A stretch of 63,482 nt of DNA from Terriglobia bacterium (GTDB taxonomy: Bacteria; Acidobacteriota; Terriglobia; Versatilivoradales; Versatilivoraceae): positions 1-63,482 of the forward strand of contig JBGOTQ010000003.1 of assembly GCA_041476565.1 (NCBI GenBank), in the 5' to 3' direction. Made by a program: the position numbers and the translations under genes. Below are positions 40,670-51,119 of this stretch, in pieces (within the stretch, counting starts at the first letter, position 1; the number at the start of each line of letters is the position of its first letter). The notes under the pieces were generated by a model. The model was given only the letters and a program-made list of their open reading frames with translations, was not told the origin of the DNA and made no database searches.

Positions 40670-43345
40670 ATGAGCGAACTGCGTGTGCTGGTTCTTCGTT
40701 TCTTGGCATTGTTCAGAAAAAGGCATCTGGAACAGGAACTGGGTGAAGAACTGAGTTCCCATATGGAGATGCTAGTGGAGGAAAACGTCCGGAAGGGGAT
40801 GTCCCCGGTGGAGGCACGATATGCAGCAAGGCGCAGCTTTGGTGGCGTCGAACAATTCAAGGAAAACTATCGGGGCCAAAGGGGGCTACCGATGATCGAG
40901 ACCCTGGTTCAAGATGTGCACTACGGTCTGCGCATGTTGGTCAAAAGTCCCAGCTTCACCGCTGTTGTGGTGTTAACGCTCGCGCTTGGCATCGGAGCCA
41001 ACACCGCCATCTTTAGTGTTGTCAATGCGGTACTGCTTCGGTCATTTCCTTACAAGGACCCGGACCGGCTGGTCATCGTTTGGGAACAGCTTCGGAAACT
41101 CGGCTTAAACCGGTTTGCAGCTCCATTTGGCAATTACTATGACTATAGGGACCAGAACCACGTATTCGAGCGCCTGGCAGTACTTGAGTATGCTCACTTT
41201 GACTTCCTGGAAGTTGACCAACCTGAACGCATTCTTGGAGTGCGTATCTCGGCCGACCTGTTTCCGTTGCTGGGAGTAAAAGCAGCTTTGGGGCGAACCT
41301 TTCTACCGGAAGAGAACCAGACTGGCCATGACCAGGTGGCCGTCTTAAGCGATAGTCTATGGAAGCGCCGGTTCGGGAGTGACCCGCACGTCATGGGCAG
41401 GACGATGATCCTGGACGGGAATCCTTTTACGGTGATCGGCGTCATCCCTCGGAGTCTTCGCTTTTCGTTCGGGAATTCCAGCTTGCCGGACGTGTGGTTA
41501 CCGATTGCTTTCCAAACTGATCCGCGAAGAGAGTTGGGCAATTTGCAGATGATTGCGCGCCTTAAGCCCGGCGTCTCGGTGGAGGAAGCCAGGGCGGATA
41601 TGAAAGCTCTCGCTGGGAGGCTCGAACAGGAATACCACCTTTACCGAGGTCCGCAAGGCGAGGATGCGGGCTACGATGTGGCAGTGACTTCGTTGAGGGA
41701 GGAAATCACTGGTAACTCGCGCGACGGCTTATTGGTCATGCTGGGGGCAGTTGGCTTTGTGTTGTTTATCGCCTGCGCCAATGTTACCAATTTACTGCTG
41801 GCTCGGTCGGCCACGCGCCAGAGGGAAATTGCAGTCCGAGCGGCTCTAGGCGCAAGCAGGGTGCGGCTTGTTCGGCAGTTCTTGACCGAGGGCTTACTTC
41901 TGGGGATGCTTGGTGGATGCTTCGCTCTGGTCATTGCTTACTGGAGTATCGGTGGCCTCGTCCGCTGGAGTCCTTACGATGTCACCCGTCTCTTCAGTGT
42001 CGACATTGATGGTCCAGTGCTCGTCTTCTCGTTGGGAGTCTCCCTTTTGACAGGGCTCATTTTTGGCCTGGTTCCAGTCATTGAAGGAGCCAATACAAAC
42101 CTCACCCGGTCACTTAAGGAGGCGGCAAGAGGTCCTGCCGCAGTTCCGCCCCGGGGCATCTTGCGCCAGGTGCTCGTGGTCATTGAGGTTGCCCTTTCCC
42201 TGTCAATGGTGGTTGGAGCTGGTCTTTTGGTGAAAAGCTTTATCGCCATTCAAAACGTCAATCCGGGGTTTAACTCTGAAAGTGTCCTGACAGCTCAAAT
42301 TTCACTGCCTGAATTTGAATACCGCGAGGATTACCAAGTGGCAGCTTTTTACCGAGGTCTGCTCGAGCGAATCGAATCCCTGCCTGGGGTCAAGTCTGCC
42401 AGTATGATTTCGGTGCTCCCACTGAGCGGCGGTGGCGGTCGAGATCCATTTAGTATCGAAGGTCAGTCCTGGCGTCCGTTCGGGGCAAACCGGACCCCTC
42501 AGGTCGCCAGCTATCGCGTCGCCGCCCCGGGCTACTTCCGGACAATGCAGATCCCTTTGGTAAAGGGTCGTGAGTTTACGATGAGGGATGTCGAGGGCGC
42601 GGTGCCTGAAGCCATTGTCAACGAAACCCTCGTGCGTGGCTTCTGGCCTGGTGAGGATCCCGTTGGCAAACATATCATGATGGGAGCTCCGAGAGAGAGG
42701 GTTCCCTGGCTGACCGTTATCGGTGTGGTCGCAGATGTCAGGAACTCTGGACTCGACTCGACCCCTATCCCGCAAATCTATGCGCCGCAATTCGAGATTC
42801 CCTCGCGTTCCATGACCCTGGTGATCCGGACCGATTCGGAGCCGATGAGGGTCGTCTCGGCAGTGCAACACGAAGTTCAGGCGCTGGACAAAAGCCGCCC
42901 TCTTTACGGCATCGCCTCCATGGATCAGGTGTTATCCGAAATAGTGGCGACCCGACGCTATAACATGCTGCTCCTGGGAATTTTCGCCGGACTCGCTTTG
43001 CTTCTTGCCGCCGTAGGGATTTATGGCGTCATTTCATATTCCGTGACCCAGCGGACTTATGAGATCGGCATTCGCCTGGCTTTGGGCGCAGACCCAGGGA
43101 ACATTTTCGGGTTGATAGTAGGGCATGGATTGGTGCTGACGACGATAGGCCTCGTCATCGGGTTGGGTGGTGCGTTTGCCTTGACGCGTTTTCTCTCAGG
43201 CATGCTCTTCGGGGTTCGTCCAAATGACCTGACGACCTTTGTTGGCGTTTCTCTATTGCTAATGGCGGTGGCTGTGCTGGCCTGTTACATCCCGGCGCGG
43301 CGAGCCACCAAAATTGATCCGATGGTGGCGTTGCGGTATGAATAA
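40670..43345 (+). CDS. ADOP-type duplicated ABC permease (MacB/FtsX-like), full length
   Basis: ELSSHMEML..RRSFGG, LTLALGIGANTAIFS, CANVTNLLLAR, EIGIRLALGA, PARRATKIDPMVALRYE. Confidence 0.94.
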   Translation: MSELRVLVLRFLALFRKRHLEQELGEELSSHMEMLVEENVRKGMSPVEARYAARRSFGGVEQFKENYRGQRGLPMIETLVQDVHYGLRMLVKSPSFTAVVVLTLALGIGANTAIFSVVNAVLLRSFPYKDPDRLVIVWEQLRKLGLNRFAAPFGNYYDYRDQNHVFERLAVLEYAHFDFLEVDQPERILGVRISADLFPLLGVKAALGRTFLPEENQTGHDQVAVLSDSLWKRRFGSDPHVMGRTMILDGNPFTVIGVIPRSLRFSFGNSSLPDVWLPIAFQTDPRRELGNLQMIARLKPGVSVEEARADMKALAGRLEQEYHLYRGPQGEDAGYDVAVTSLREEITGNSRDGLLVMLGAVGFVLFIACANVTNLLLARSATRQREIAVRAALGASRVRLVRQFLTEGLLLGMLGGCFALVIAYWSIGGLVRWSPYDVTRLFSVDIDGPVLVFSLGVSLLTGLIFGLVPVIEGANTNLTRSLKEAARGPAAVPPRGILRQVLVVIEVALSLSMVVGAGLLVKSFIAIQNVNPGFNSESVLTAQISLPEFEYREDYQVAAFYRGLLERIESLPGVKSASMISVLPLSGGGGRDPFSIEGQSWRPFGANRTPQVASYRVAAPGYFRTMQIPLVKGREFTMRDVEGAVPEAIVNETLVRGFWPGEDPVGKHIMMGAPRERVPWLTVIGVVADVRNSGLDSTPIPQIYAPQFEIPSRSMTLVIRTDSEPMRVVSAVQHEVQALDKSRPLYGIASMDQVLSEIVATRRYNMLLLGIFAGLALLLAAVGIYGVISYSVTQRTYEIGIRLALGADPGNIFGLIVGHGLVLTTIGLVIGLGGAFALTRFLSGMLFGVRPNDLTTFVGVSLLLMAVAVLACYIPARRATKIDPMVALRYE

Positions 43346-43474
43346 GTGTCAGGTGCCAGGTTTGAAGTATCAGTGGCTACCCATAGAGAAAGTGGCAGCC
43401 ACGGCAACTGACGAAAGTCGTAGATTTTTCTCGTCTACGGTTCCGACCTTTGAACCTATAATCTACCATCCTGC

Positions 43475-45178
43475 TCAAAATGGCCGGTTCCACTCGCGCC
43501 GCATCACCACCTGGATTCCCTCCCGCCAGTTTTCATTGATCCCCACCTGGACCATAGGGACCGACGATTCAATGCGGGCCAGGATTTGGGGAAATGTACT
43601 GTGGTAGCAGAACTGCGGGCAAACAAAATACAGGAGTGGAGACTCCGGGCTCAGTCCGAGGCCGCGGAAGTAACCTTTCTGGACAAACTCCCCCCGGACC
43701 TGATGCCAGCGAACCCGCAACCAGTAATCAAGACCTTGGAGGGGTAATTCAATCTCCTCATTGACTTTCAACTCAAGTACAGCCAGTCTTCCCTGCAGGG
43801 TGACCGCCAGGACATCAATCATCCCCCGGTCACCGGCCAGGAATGCAGGGACTTGCGGATAGAGGTAGCTTGGATTGAGGCGGCTGTCGATGCGCTGAAT
43901 GTCCTGGAGAACCAAGCTTTCCAGCCAGCGTTCAGACTGAAGTTGATAAAACTCATGGCTGCGGTTCCTGTCTTGTGCGTGACGTTCGTCAAGGATTTGC
44001 GTCACTAACCGACTCAGCTGATCCCATTCGTCCAGTGGCTCAAGCGTTCCCACACCATAAAATATCTCCCCCTCTGGTCCTGCAGACAGACGGAGCTGGG
44101 CAAATTCCAGCCCGTGAATCCGGAAGGATACAGAGTTGGGGGCAGCGCGAAAAGCAGGCTGTATCCGGCCCTGCGCCAGATTCATGATGCGCTGGTAATT
44201 CGTGGTTTGAGCCAGATTGGATCTTGGACCCATCGAGTGCATCAGGGTCAAGGCAGTATCAATATTGCCACTATCGGTCAAGTCTTGGAACCGCAGTGCC
44301 TCAGCAGAGGAATCCATTTCCATCAGATGAATACTGAGGCCAGCATCCCGGATCAAACTCAGACGGCTTTTCAGCACCAGGGAACGGCCGACTGGGACAA
44401 TCAATAATAACTTGCCGCCATGACCGCTGGAGTGAGTGGCAAGATAATCTCGCCAGATGATCCCGCTGGAGAGTATTCCGTCAATAGTAGCTTGGTCTTC
44501 CCAGGAATTGACGGCGAGGGCTGTCCAGTGGGTTCTACCCGAACTGAAATGCAGGCGGACATAGTTTCCGGACAGTGAATGGGACAAGTCTGAGAATAGC
44601 GTGGACCGTAGGATTTTTGCCTTGGGAAAATTCCTGAGGATCAAGGTCTCAATGGATTTCTGGAAGTTCCGCCGTAGGAGTCGTGGAGATTGGGCGACGG
44701 AGGCTCGCAGTGCAGAGTGAATAATAAATGACTCGGTGACGTTAAGGCGGGATGTCCTCAGTTCTAAGGCGTCAGGACCTACAGCCAGAACCTCATCAAT
44801 CTTTCTCCTAAATGGCCTCTTCCCGATATGGAATCCGCAATAGAGGTTGCCACGGTCAATCTCCAAGAAAAAGCCGATGTCAGCGAGTAGAGCGTGACTA
44901 CCCTTCCTTTGGAAGAGGGCAGGTTGCTCAACTCGCGCGATCAGGCTCTCAATCCTTTGCTTCCATTGAGCAGCCAAACCATCGGGCGGCAACGAGGGAT
45001 AACGGGGGGTATGCTCCTGAACGTTCTTTGTGCCCGATGATTGGGGTGGGGTAGCCTTTTCAGGTGATGATCGACTTCGTGGTTTCTGGACCTTTCTGAT
45101 TTTCAACGCTCTAGAGTCCTTTTTCCTTGACCCTTTTAAAGAATTCCTGTTATAGAATGAATCCTCCTGAATCTGCAA
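43475..45178 (-). CDS. Hypothetical protein with C-terminal PD-(D/E)xK (NucS-like) nuclease domain
   Basis: ERWLESL, GMIDVLAV..GRLAVLELK..PLQGLDYW. Start uncertain. Confidence 0.7.
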   Translation of the reverse strand: MQIQEDSFYNRNSLKGSRKKDSRALKIRKVQKPRSRSSPEKATPPQSSGTKNVQEHTPRYPSLPPDGLAAQWKQRIESLIARVEQPALFQRKGSHALLADIGFFLEIDRGNLYCGFHIGKRPFRRKIDEVLAVGPDALELRTSRLNVTESFIIHSALRASVAQSPRLLRRNFQKSIETLILRNFPKAKILRSTLFSDLSHSLSGNYVRLHFSSGRTHWTALAVNSWEDQATIDGILSSGIIWRDYLATHSSGHGGKLLLIVPVGRSLVLKSRLSLIRDAGLSIHLMEMDSSAEALRFQDLTDSGNIDTALTLMHSMGPRSNLAQTTNYQRIMNLAQGRIQPAFRAAPNSVSFRIHGLEFAQLRLSAGPEGEIFYGVGTLEPLDEWDQLSRLVTQILDERHAQDRNRSHEFYQLQSERWLESLVLQDIQRIDSRLNPSYLYPQVPAFLAGDRGMIDVLAVTLQGRLAVLELKVNEEIELPLQGLDYWLRVRWHQVRGEFVQKGYFRGLGLSPESPLLYFVCPQFCYHSTFPQILARIESSVPMVQVGINENWREGIQVVMRREWNRPF

Positions 45179-45366
45179 AGTCCTGTCCCTTTGCCAAAAC
45201 AGATTGCCGTTTAAATCATGAACTCATTTCAGCAACGGCGCAAGATTGGTCCCGGTCTGTCCTGCTGCCGGAGACCGTCGAGGGAGAGCGGAATTTCAGT
45301 GTCTTTCCCCTCTCAGGCGTTTCAAAATGCAGCAGTGGTTCATGAACTTCTTTCTGGAGGTTGGGA

Positions 45367-46332
45367 ATGAAAATCGGAGTCTTCACCGTTTTATTGGGCA
45401 ACAAACCGTTTGAACAAGCATTGGATTACGTGAAAGAGCTTGGGTTGGAAGCTGTTGAAATCGGCTGTGGAGCCTATCCAGGGGATGCCCACTGCAAGCC
45501 AGTGGAATTGCTGAGCAGTGATAAGAAGCTGAAGGCGTTTAAGGAAGCCATCAGAAGTCGCGGACTGGAGATCAGCGCACTCAGTGTTCATGGCAACCCG
45601 ATCCATCCCAATAAGGCGATTGCCAAAGAACATCACGAGGCCTTCGTCAGAACTCTAAAACTGGCTAGAAAACTGGAAGTCGATCGGGTGATCACCTTCA
45701 GTGGTTGTCCGGGTGCTGACTCCAAGGCCACTTCAGCGGCCTGGATTGTTTCTCCCTGGCCCCCGGATTTTTCGGAAGCCCTGGAATGGCAGTGGAAAGA
45801 GCGTGTCATCCCGTATTGGAAAGAGGCAGCTAACTTGGCCAGGAGTGAGGGAATCAGAAAGATCGCTCTGGAAATGCATCCTAACTTCGTGGTTTATAAT
45901 CCGGAGACGTTGCTGAAATTGCGCGAAGCAGTAGGACCTGAGATTGGATGTAATTTCGATCCTAGTCACTTGTTCTGGCAAGGAGCCGACATAGCCTGTG
46001 CCATCCGAGCTTGCGGAGAATCGATTTATCACTTCCATGCCAAAGACTGCAAGCTGGACCGGCAGAACATTGCGGTAAACGGTGTCCTAGACTCAAAGCC
46101 TTACACCAATGAGATTCGCCGTTCTTGGATTTTTCGCACGGTTGGTTACGGGAATGATTTTGCTCAATGGAAAGATATCGTCAGCAACCTGCGGATGGTG
46201 GGATACGACCACGTCCTCAGCATCGAGCATGAGGACAGCCTGATGTCGGCTGAGGAAGGCCTGAAGAAAGCGGTTGCCTTTCTCAAGAGTGTGGTGATTA
46301 GTGAGAGGCCAGGTGAAGCTTATTGGGCTTGA
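45367..46332 (+). CDS. Sugar phosphate isomerase/epimerase (xylose isomerase-like TIM barrel)
   Basis: ALEMHP, NFDPSHLFWQG, HFHAKD, LSIEHED. Confidence 0.9.
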   Translation: MKIGVFTVLLGNKPFEQALDYVKELGLEAVEIGCGAYPGDAHCKPVELLSSDKKLKAFKEAIRSRGLEISALSVHGNPIHPNKAIAKEHHEAFVRTLKLARKLEVDRVITFSGCPGADSKATSAAWIVSPWPPDFSEALEWQWKERVIPYWKEAANLARSEGIRKIALEMHPNFVVYNPETLLKLREAVGPEIGCNFDPSHLFWQGADIACAIRACGESIYHFHAKDCKLDRQNIAVNGVLDSKPYTNEIRRSWIFRTVGYGNDFAQWKDIVSNLRMVGYDHVLSIEHEDSLMSAEEGLKKAVAFLKSVVISERPGEAYWA

Positions 46333-46688
46333 AAGGATCTCCGGGTCGGTCATCGACAGAAGAGAAAATGGTTAGCGAGAGATCAATAGGCAAGCTAATG
46401 CCATGACCCATGCGGGCAACCGGCGCCCGAATATTCCTTGCTTCTGAGGAACGAATTATCTATATTTAAGCTACCGCAAATCATCCTGGGCGGACTGTTC
46501 TTTTCTTTTCCCTGTCAAGGGAACTCGGCACGAGAACGATGTTCGGTGGCCGAGGCCATGTCTCTCACCCTCCCCCCTGGTCCGATCAAAGTGTGGGGAA
46601 CAGGTTGCGTAAGGCATGCTGGTAGCCGGTTGTCCCTTCGGTTCAGAAGACCCAGCCCGTAGGAGCAAATTGCAGGAGGTACACCTAA

Positions 46689-47099
46689 TTGAAATTCACA
46701 TTGAAAGTTGTCGGCGATGTTTGTGTCCTGAAGCTCGAGGGAAAGTTCATGGGAGGCGGAGACAGTTTCTTTCTCCGGGAGAAGATCAAGAACGTCTTGA
46801 GCACAGGCATTCAGAAGATCTTGATCGATTTGGATGGGGTCCCTTACATCGACAGTACTGGCGTCGGGTTCCTCGTTGGAAGCCACACAACCATTTCCCA
46901 GGAGGGAGGAAGTCTCAGACTAGTAAGGGTCAAGCCCAAGTTACTGGAAGTACTGAAAGTCATGAACCTTCTCAAGGTCTTTGATATCTATGAAGACGAG
47001 GAGAACGCCCTGAAGAGTTTCGAGGATAAAAAAACTGCCCCTGCCTCCACTTCGAAGAAAAAGAAAGCGTCGAAAGCTGTTAAAGAGGTCGAATCGTAG
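46689..47099 (+). CDS. Anti-sigma factor antagonist (STAS domain)
   Basis: ILIDLDGVPYIDSTGVGFLV with the phosphorylatable Ser. GGAGG RBS and TTG start. Confidence 0.9.
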   Translation: MKFTLKVVGDVCVLKLEGKFMGGGDSFFLREKIKNVLSTGIQKILIDLDGVPYIDSTGVGFLVGSHTTISQEGGSLRLVRVKPKLLEVLKVMNLLKVFDIYEDEENALKSFEDKKTAPASTSKKKKASKAVKEVES

Positions 47100-47282
47100 C
47101 TAATTCGGCCATGATCCTGGCCGGATTCATTCCTGTTTGGGTTTGACGACTACTCCCGGTAGTTTGATCCTTCCGAGTTGCTTAGATTCTCCGAGCGGAT
47201 TGTTGGTGGAAGAAATACCCTTACTAACTGCGAGTACGAGTCTGTCTCAACCAAACGACCCGGTGACGAGGGCGCGACTAGT

Positions 47283-48713
47283 ATGAGGAAATTCTCGAGG
47301 CAGTACCGACTTCATCGACACTCCCGGATTGGACTTGGCTGCAATCTTCGACCCTTATGGCTGTCGCTCACGCTAGTGATGTCAACTCCCTTGCTTCTGG
47401 CTCAATCCAAGCCGATCCTGATTTCGCCAGAGGTTCAGTTTCAACGGATTCAAGGGTTCGGCATCACCGTGGGGAATGGGGCTGCCAGGGAAATCAACAC
47501 ACTCCCTGCAAATGAACGAGAGCAACTGATCGAGTTGCTTTTTGGGGTGAACGGCGCCCGATTTAATATCATACGGAGTGAGATCTGGTGGACCGGCAAA
47601 CGGCTCGCTTTTACTTCCTTCCTCTATCTCTCTGGCTTGATTTATGACTTCTCGGATGAGGAGAACGAAACCGCCCAATACTCCCTGGTCCGAGAGGCCC
47701 AGAAGCGAAACGAAATGATTATCTGTAATAGCGTTTGGACCCCTCCGCCGCCATGGAAAGACAACAACTCTCCAGTACAGGGAGGGGAACTCCTGGTAAA
47801 GAACTTTGAAAACTACGCAGACTACCTCTACGGGTACTTGGTCTATTACAAGGGGATCCGAAACCTGGATGTCCGGGTAGTGGGCTTGCAGAACGCACCT
47901 GACCAAAAGTCAGCGATGCAAAGTTGCCTGTGGACACCAGCGGCGCTGAAGGATTTTGCCAAGCTGGTGGCGAAGCGGTTGAAGCTGGGAGGATTTTCTC
48001 CCCAATTTCTCCTCCCGGATGTGGAATGGGAACATGCTATGGCCTATTTGAAATCTTTTTGGGAAGACCCTGATGCACGTCCGCTGGTGTCGTACATTGG
48101 CGTCCATTCCAACTTGGGTCCGACCCCGGCCCGAAGTGCCCTTAAGGACTTTGTCCAAAGGAATAGTCTTAAGCTCTGGGTAACTGAGTTTGCCATGCCG
48201 TCGGATGTTTCCAGCCAGCAAATGGAATCCGGTTTGGGATTGGCTGAGACACTGGTTCGTGACCTCACAGAAGGGGACTGCAATGCCTGGGTTTACTGGG
48301 TTCCGATGGCATCGCAAGGATGGGGGGGACGGGAAGGCCTGATTGATCGACAAGGCAACTCGTTCAAGCCAACCAAGAGATTCTGGTGTCTCAGTCAATT
48401 TAGCCGTTTCATCCCCCGGGATGCCGTCCGGATTCCCACGTCAATCTCGGAATTGCCGGTGGTGGCCTTTCGCACGCCGGAATACAAAGGGGTCGTCCTA
48501 GTGATGGTCAATCCATCACGCCAGCAGGTGACGCAGGAGGTAGAAATTCATGGGTGGACCATGGAAAGGGTTGCCGCTTACCGAACGACTGAGAAGGAAG
48601 ATGGATCGCAAGTCGCCGTCACCGGTGAGAGTGGAGCCAAGCAGTCCTTTGTTCTGGAGCCCCGGAGTGTGACTACGGTTCTGGCCCAAATTCGGCGGAC
48701 CGGGGCCAGATAG
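47283..48713 (+). CDS. Glycoside hydrolase family 30-like protein with acid/base Glu replaced
   Basis: FQRIQGFG, WTPPPPWK, QNAPD (canonical QNEPD), LWVTE, AWVYW, SQFSRFI, C-terminal beta domain. Confidence 0.8.
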   Translation: MRKFSRQYRLHRHSRIGLGCNLRPLWLSLTLVMSTPLLLAQSKPILISPEVQFQRIQGFGITVGNGAAREINTLPANEREQLIELLFGVNGARFNIIRSEIWWTGKRLAFTSFLYLSGLIYDFSDEENETAQYSLVREAQKRNEMIICNSVWTPPPPWKDNNSPVQGGELLVKNFENYADYLYGYLVYYKGIRNLDVRVVGLQNAPDQKSAMQSCLWTPAALKDFAKLVAKRLKLGGFSPQFLLPDVEWEHAMAYLKSFWEDPDARPLVSYIGVHSNLGPTPARSALKDFVQRNSLKLWVTEFAMPSDVSSQQMESGLGLAETLVRDLTEGDCNAWVYWVPMASQGWGGREGLIDRQGNSFKPTKRFWCLSQFSRFIPRDAVRIPTSISELPVVAFRTPEYKGVVLVMVNPSRQQVTQEVEIHGWTMERVAAYRTTEKEDGSQVAVTGESGAKQSFVLEPRSVTTVLAQIRRTGAR

Positions 48714-48721
48714 TTCCCAGG

Positions 48722-49609
48722 TTGACCGTCTCCATGTCCACAACTTCCAAAAGGGTTGCATTTCATGGGTTGTTAGGGCTCTCGCTGGCATTCCTTGCCC
48801 TTGCCATCTACGGTGTATGGGTAGAACCCTTCCGCCTCGAGATCCATCACCAATGGATAGAACACGAGCCCCTCTCGAGAGTTCTAGGTAACCGGACGGT
48901 CGTGCAACTCTCCGATCTTCATGTACTCACCGTAGGGAAAATGGAACAACAGGTACTAAAGGCACTTGATGATCTGAAGCCCGATCTCATCTTTCTCACC
49001 GGCGATTATGTTCGGTGGAAAGGAGAGTACGAGGCTCCTCTTGAATTTCTTTCGCGCCTGCAAGCCGGAACCGGTGTCTTCGCGGTCATGGGGGACTACG
49101 ACTACAGTAACTCACGCAAAAGCTGCCTCTTTTGCCACGAGAAGGACTCGGGGAAACCAACTCGACGGCACAAGGTCCGGTTCTTGCGAGACTCTTACGT
49201 GATGTTGGACCTTGGGGAAGGGCCGTTCTGGCTGGCCGGGTGGGATGAGGTGCGAGACCATGTCTTCCCGGTTTCACCGATCCATCCGGACAGATTCTCC
49301 GAACTGCCATCAATCATCTTAAGCCACAATCCTTTGAATTTTGATCTTTTGGACCGGGGGACTGGAGCCACGATGCTGTCGGGGGACACTCATGGAGGTC
49401 AAATCTGGCTTCCCTCCTTAGTTTGGCAGGCAATTGGATATGAAAAAAATGCCCGCTATAGTCAGGGCCTCTTTCGCCGGGGGGAAAACACTCTCTTTGT
49501 GAGCAGGGGAATTGGAACCAGTCACATCCGCCTTCGAATTTTTCGACGACCAGAAATCGTTGTGCTTCATTTTGTTCGCCCGATATCTTCAGCACAGATC
49601 CACCATTGA
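48722..49609 (+). CDS. Metallophosphoesterase (YkuE-like) with variant motifs
   Basis: QLSDLH, LTGDY, SHNP, THGGQ, LFVSRGIG, RPEIVVL. Confidence 0.85.
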   Translation: MTVSMSTTSKRVAFHGLLGLSLAFLALAIYGVWVEPFRLEIHHQWIEHEPLSRVLGNRTVVQLSDLHVLTVGKMEQQVLKALDDLKPDLIFLTGDYVRWKGEYEAPLEFLSRLQAGTGVFAVMGDYDYSNSRKSCLFCHEKDSGKPTRRHKVRFLRDSYVMLDLGEGPFWLAGWDEVRDHVFPVSPIHPDRFSELPSIILSHNPLNFDLLDRGTGATMLSGDTHGGQIWLPSLVWQAIGYEKNARYSQGLFRRGENTLFVSRGIGTSHIRLRIFRRPEIVVLHFVRPISSAQIHH

Positions 49610-49610
49610 G

Positions 49611-50189
49611 ATGAGAAGTATGCACAGACCTCTGCTATTTTCGTTGCTCGGCCTATTACTGCTCCTGCCCGGATGTTCCCCCCAGCGCGCCACAGAACAA
49701 ATCCTTTCTGATTTTGAATCAGACTCCGAGCTGGATCAACTTCAATGGAAATGCCATACCCTGTTTAGCCTCTCAGACACGCACACAACTCACGGAGGAT
49801 TTTGCCTGAAGATGGACCTATACCCTTCAAGTTACCCTGGGGTCGCTTTCAAGCTGCGAACTAGGAATTGGAGTTCATACGGTTCATTAGGCTTTGATCT
49901 TTTCAACCCTCAGCCAACAGCCTTGCCGCTTACCATCAGAATTGACGACCGCCTGGATTATCCGGATTATCCAGATCGCTACAACGCCAGCTTTTCTTTC
50001 ACTCCCGGTATGAACCATTTTGTTCTTCAACTGAAAGACCTCGTAACTGCGGGAAGTCGAAAGCCGCTGAACTTGAGACAGATTCACAGGTTTTTGATAT
50101 ATATGGTGGATCCTGCTGAAGGGGCGACATTCTACTTGGACTATGTGCGCCTGAGCCCCACAATTGGCGCTCCCTTTGCCTCCCCCTAA
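49611..50189 (+). CDS. Lipoprotein with carbohydrate-binding-module-like beta sandwich
   Basis: Lipobox LLPGC. SDFES and NWSSYGSLGFDLFNP, YLDYVRL patterns. Confidence 0.6.
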   Translation: MRSMHRPLLFSLLGLLLLLPGCSPQRATEQILSDFESDSELDQLQWKCHTLFSLSDTHTTHGGFCLKMDLYPSSYPGVAFKLRTRNWSSYGSLGFDLFNPQPTALPLTIRIDDRLDYPDYPDRYNASFSFTPGMNHFVLQLKDLVTAGSRKPLNLRQIHRFLIYMVDPAEGATFYLDYVRLSPTIGAPFASP

Positions 50190-50354
50190 AGATAACCTGC
50201 CTGTAATTATTTCTAGAAGTTCGCGTGTGGGTATCAATACTAACTGATCCTTAACCAAAGGGATCTCTCCTTCCAAGGCTTTGGTATAACTCGTGCAGCA
50301 GACAGGTATGTTTGAGGGTGGATACAAATGACTCTTCATGGGAAGGATCCAGAC

Positions 50355-51020
50355 ATGTCCAAGCATTTATGGTTCTTCGTTTCGGTCATGTTGACCATTT
50401 CTTTGACGGGATGCTCCGGACCGTCCACTGTCAGCTCAGATACGAGCGACACCGACGACCAGTCGACCAGTTTGGTTAAGAAAGCGATTCGAGAGACCAC
50501 GCCGGAAGAAACACTTGTCGCTGGAACCACTATCCGGGCTTCGCTAGAACACGCCCTGAGCACAGAAAGCGCGGCACCTGGAGACAACTTCACGATGAAA
50601 GTTGTGGATCCGGTCAGAATCGGCAACAAAACAGTGATCCCGATTGGAAGCACCATTAAGGGAGTCGTGGCCGACTCAGTGCGGTCCGGGCGTGTCAAGG
50701 GACTCGCGCATATGACTCTCAGGTTCACTGAACTAATTCTCCCGAACGGGAAGACCTTCCCGCTTCAGGCCGCGTCGGTATCTCGGGTGGCACCGGCGAC
50801 CAAGAAGAGAGATACCATGATGATTGGCGGCGGGGCTGGGGCGGGTGCGTTGATCGGAGCGATTGCCGGAGGCGGGAAAGGCGCTGCTATCGGGGCCTTA
50901 GCGGGCGGAGGAGCCGGTACGGGCGTGGTCTTGGCGACGCGCGGGAAGGAAACAGGCTTCGCATCGGGGACAACCATGAACCTCAAGCTTACCGAACCCT
51001 TGAATGTCCGCATGTCGTGA
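50355..51020 (+). CDS. Lipoprotein with TrbI/VirB10-like beta domain and glycine zipper
   Basis: Lipobox LTGC. LSTESAAPGDNF, GGGAGAGALIGAIAGGGKGAAIGA. Confidence 0.7.
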   Translation: MSKHLWFFVSVMLTISLTGCSGPSTVSSDTSDTDDQSTSLVKKAIRETTPEETLVAGTTIRASLEHALSTESAAPGDNFTMKVVDPVRIGNKTVIPIGSTIKGVVADSVRSGRVKGLAHMTLRFTELILPNGKTFPLQAASVSRVAPATKKRDTMMIGGGAGAGALIGAIAGGGKGAAIGALAGGGAGTGVVLATRGKETGFASGTTMNLKLTEPLNVRMS

Positions 51021-51119
51021 AGGGGATTTGAGACGCCTTAATCCGGGATCCACGCCGGGTAAAGGAGGGTGCTGTCCAACACAGCAGGCTGCGCTCGGCT
51101 TCGGGGGGCCGGCAGTGAC

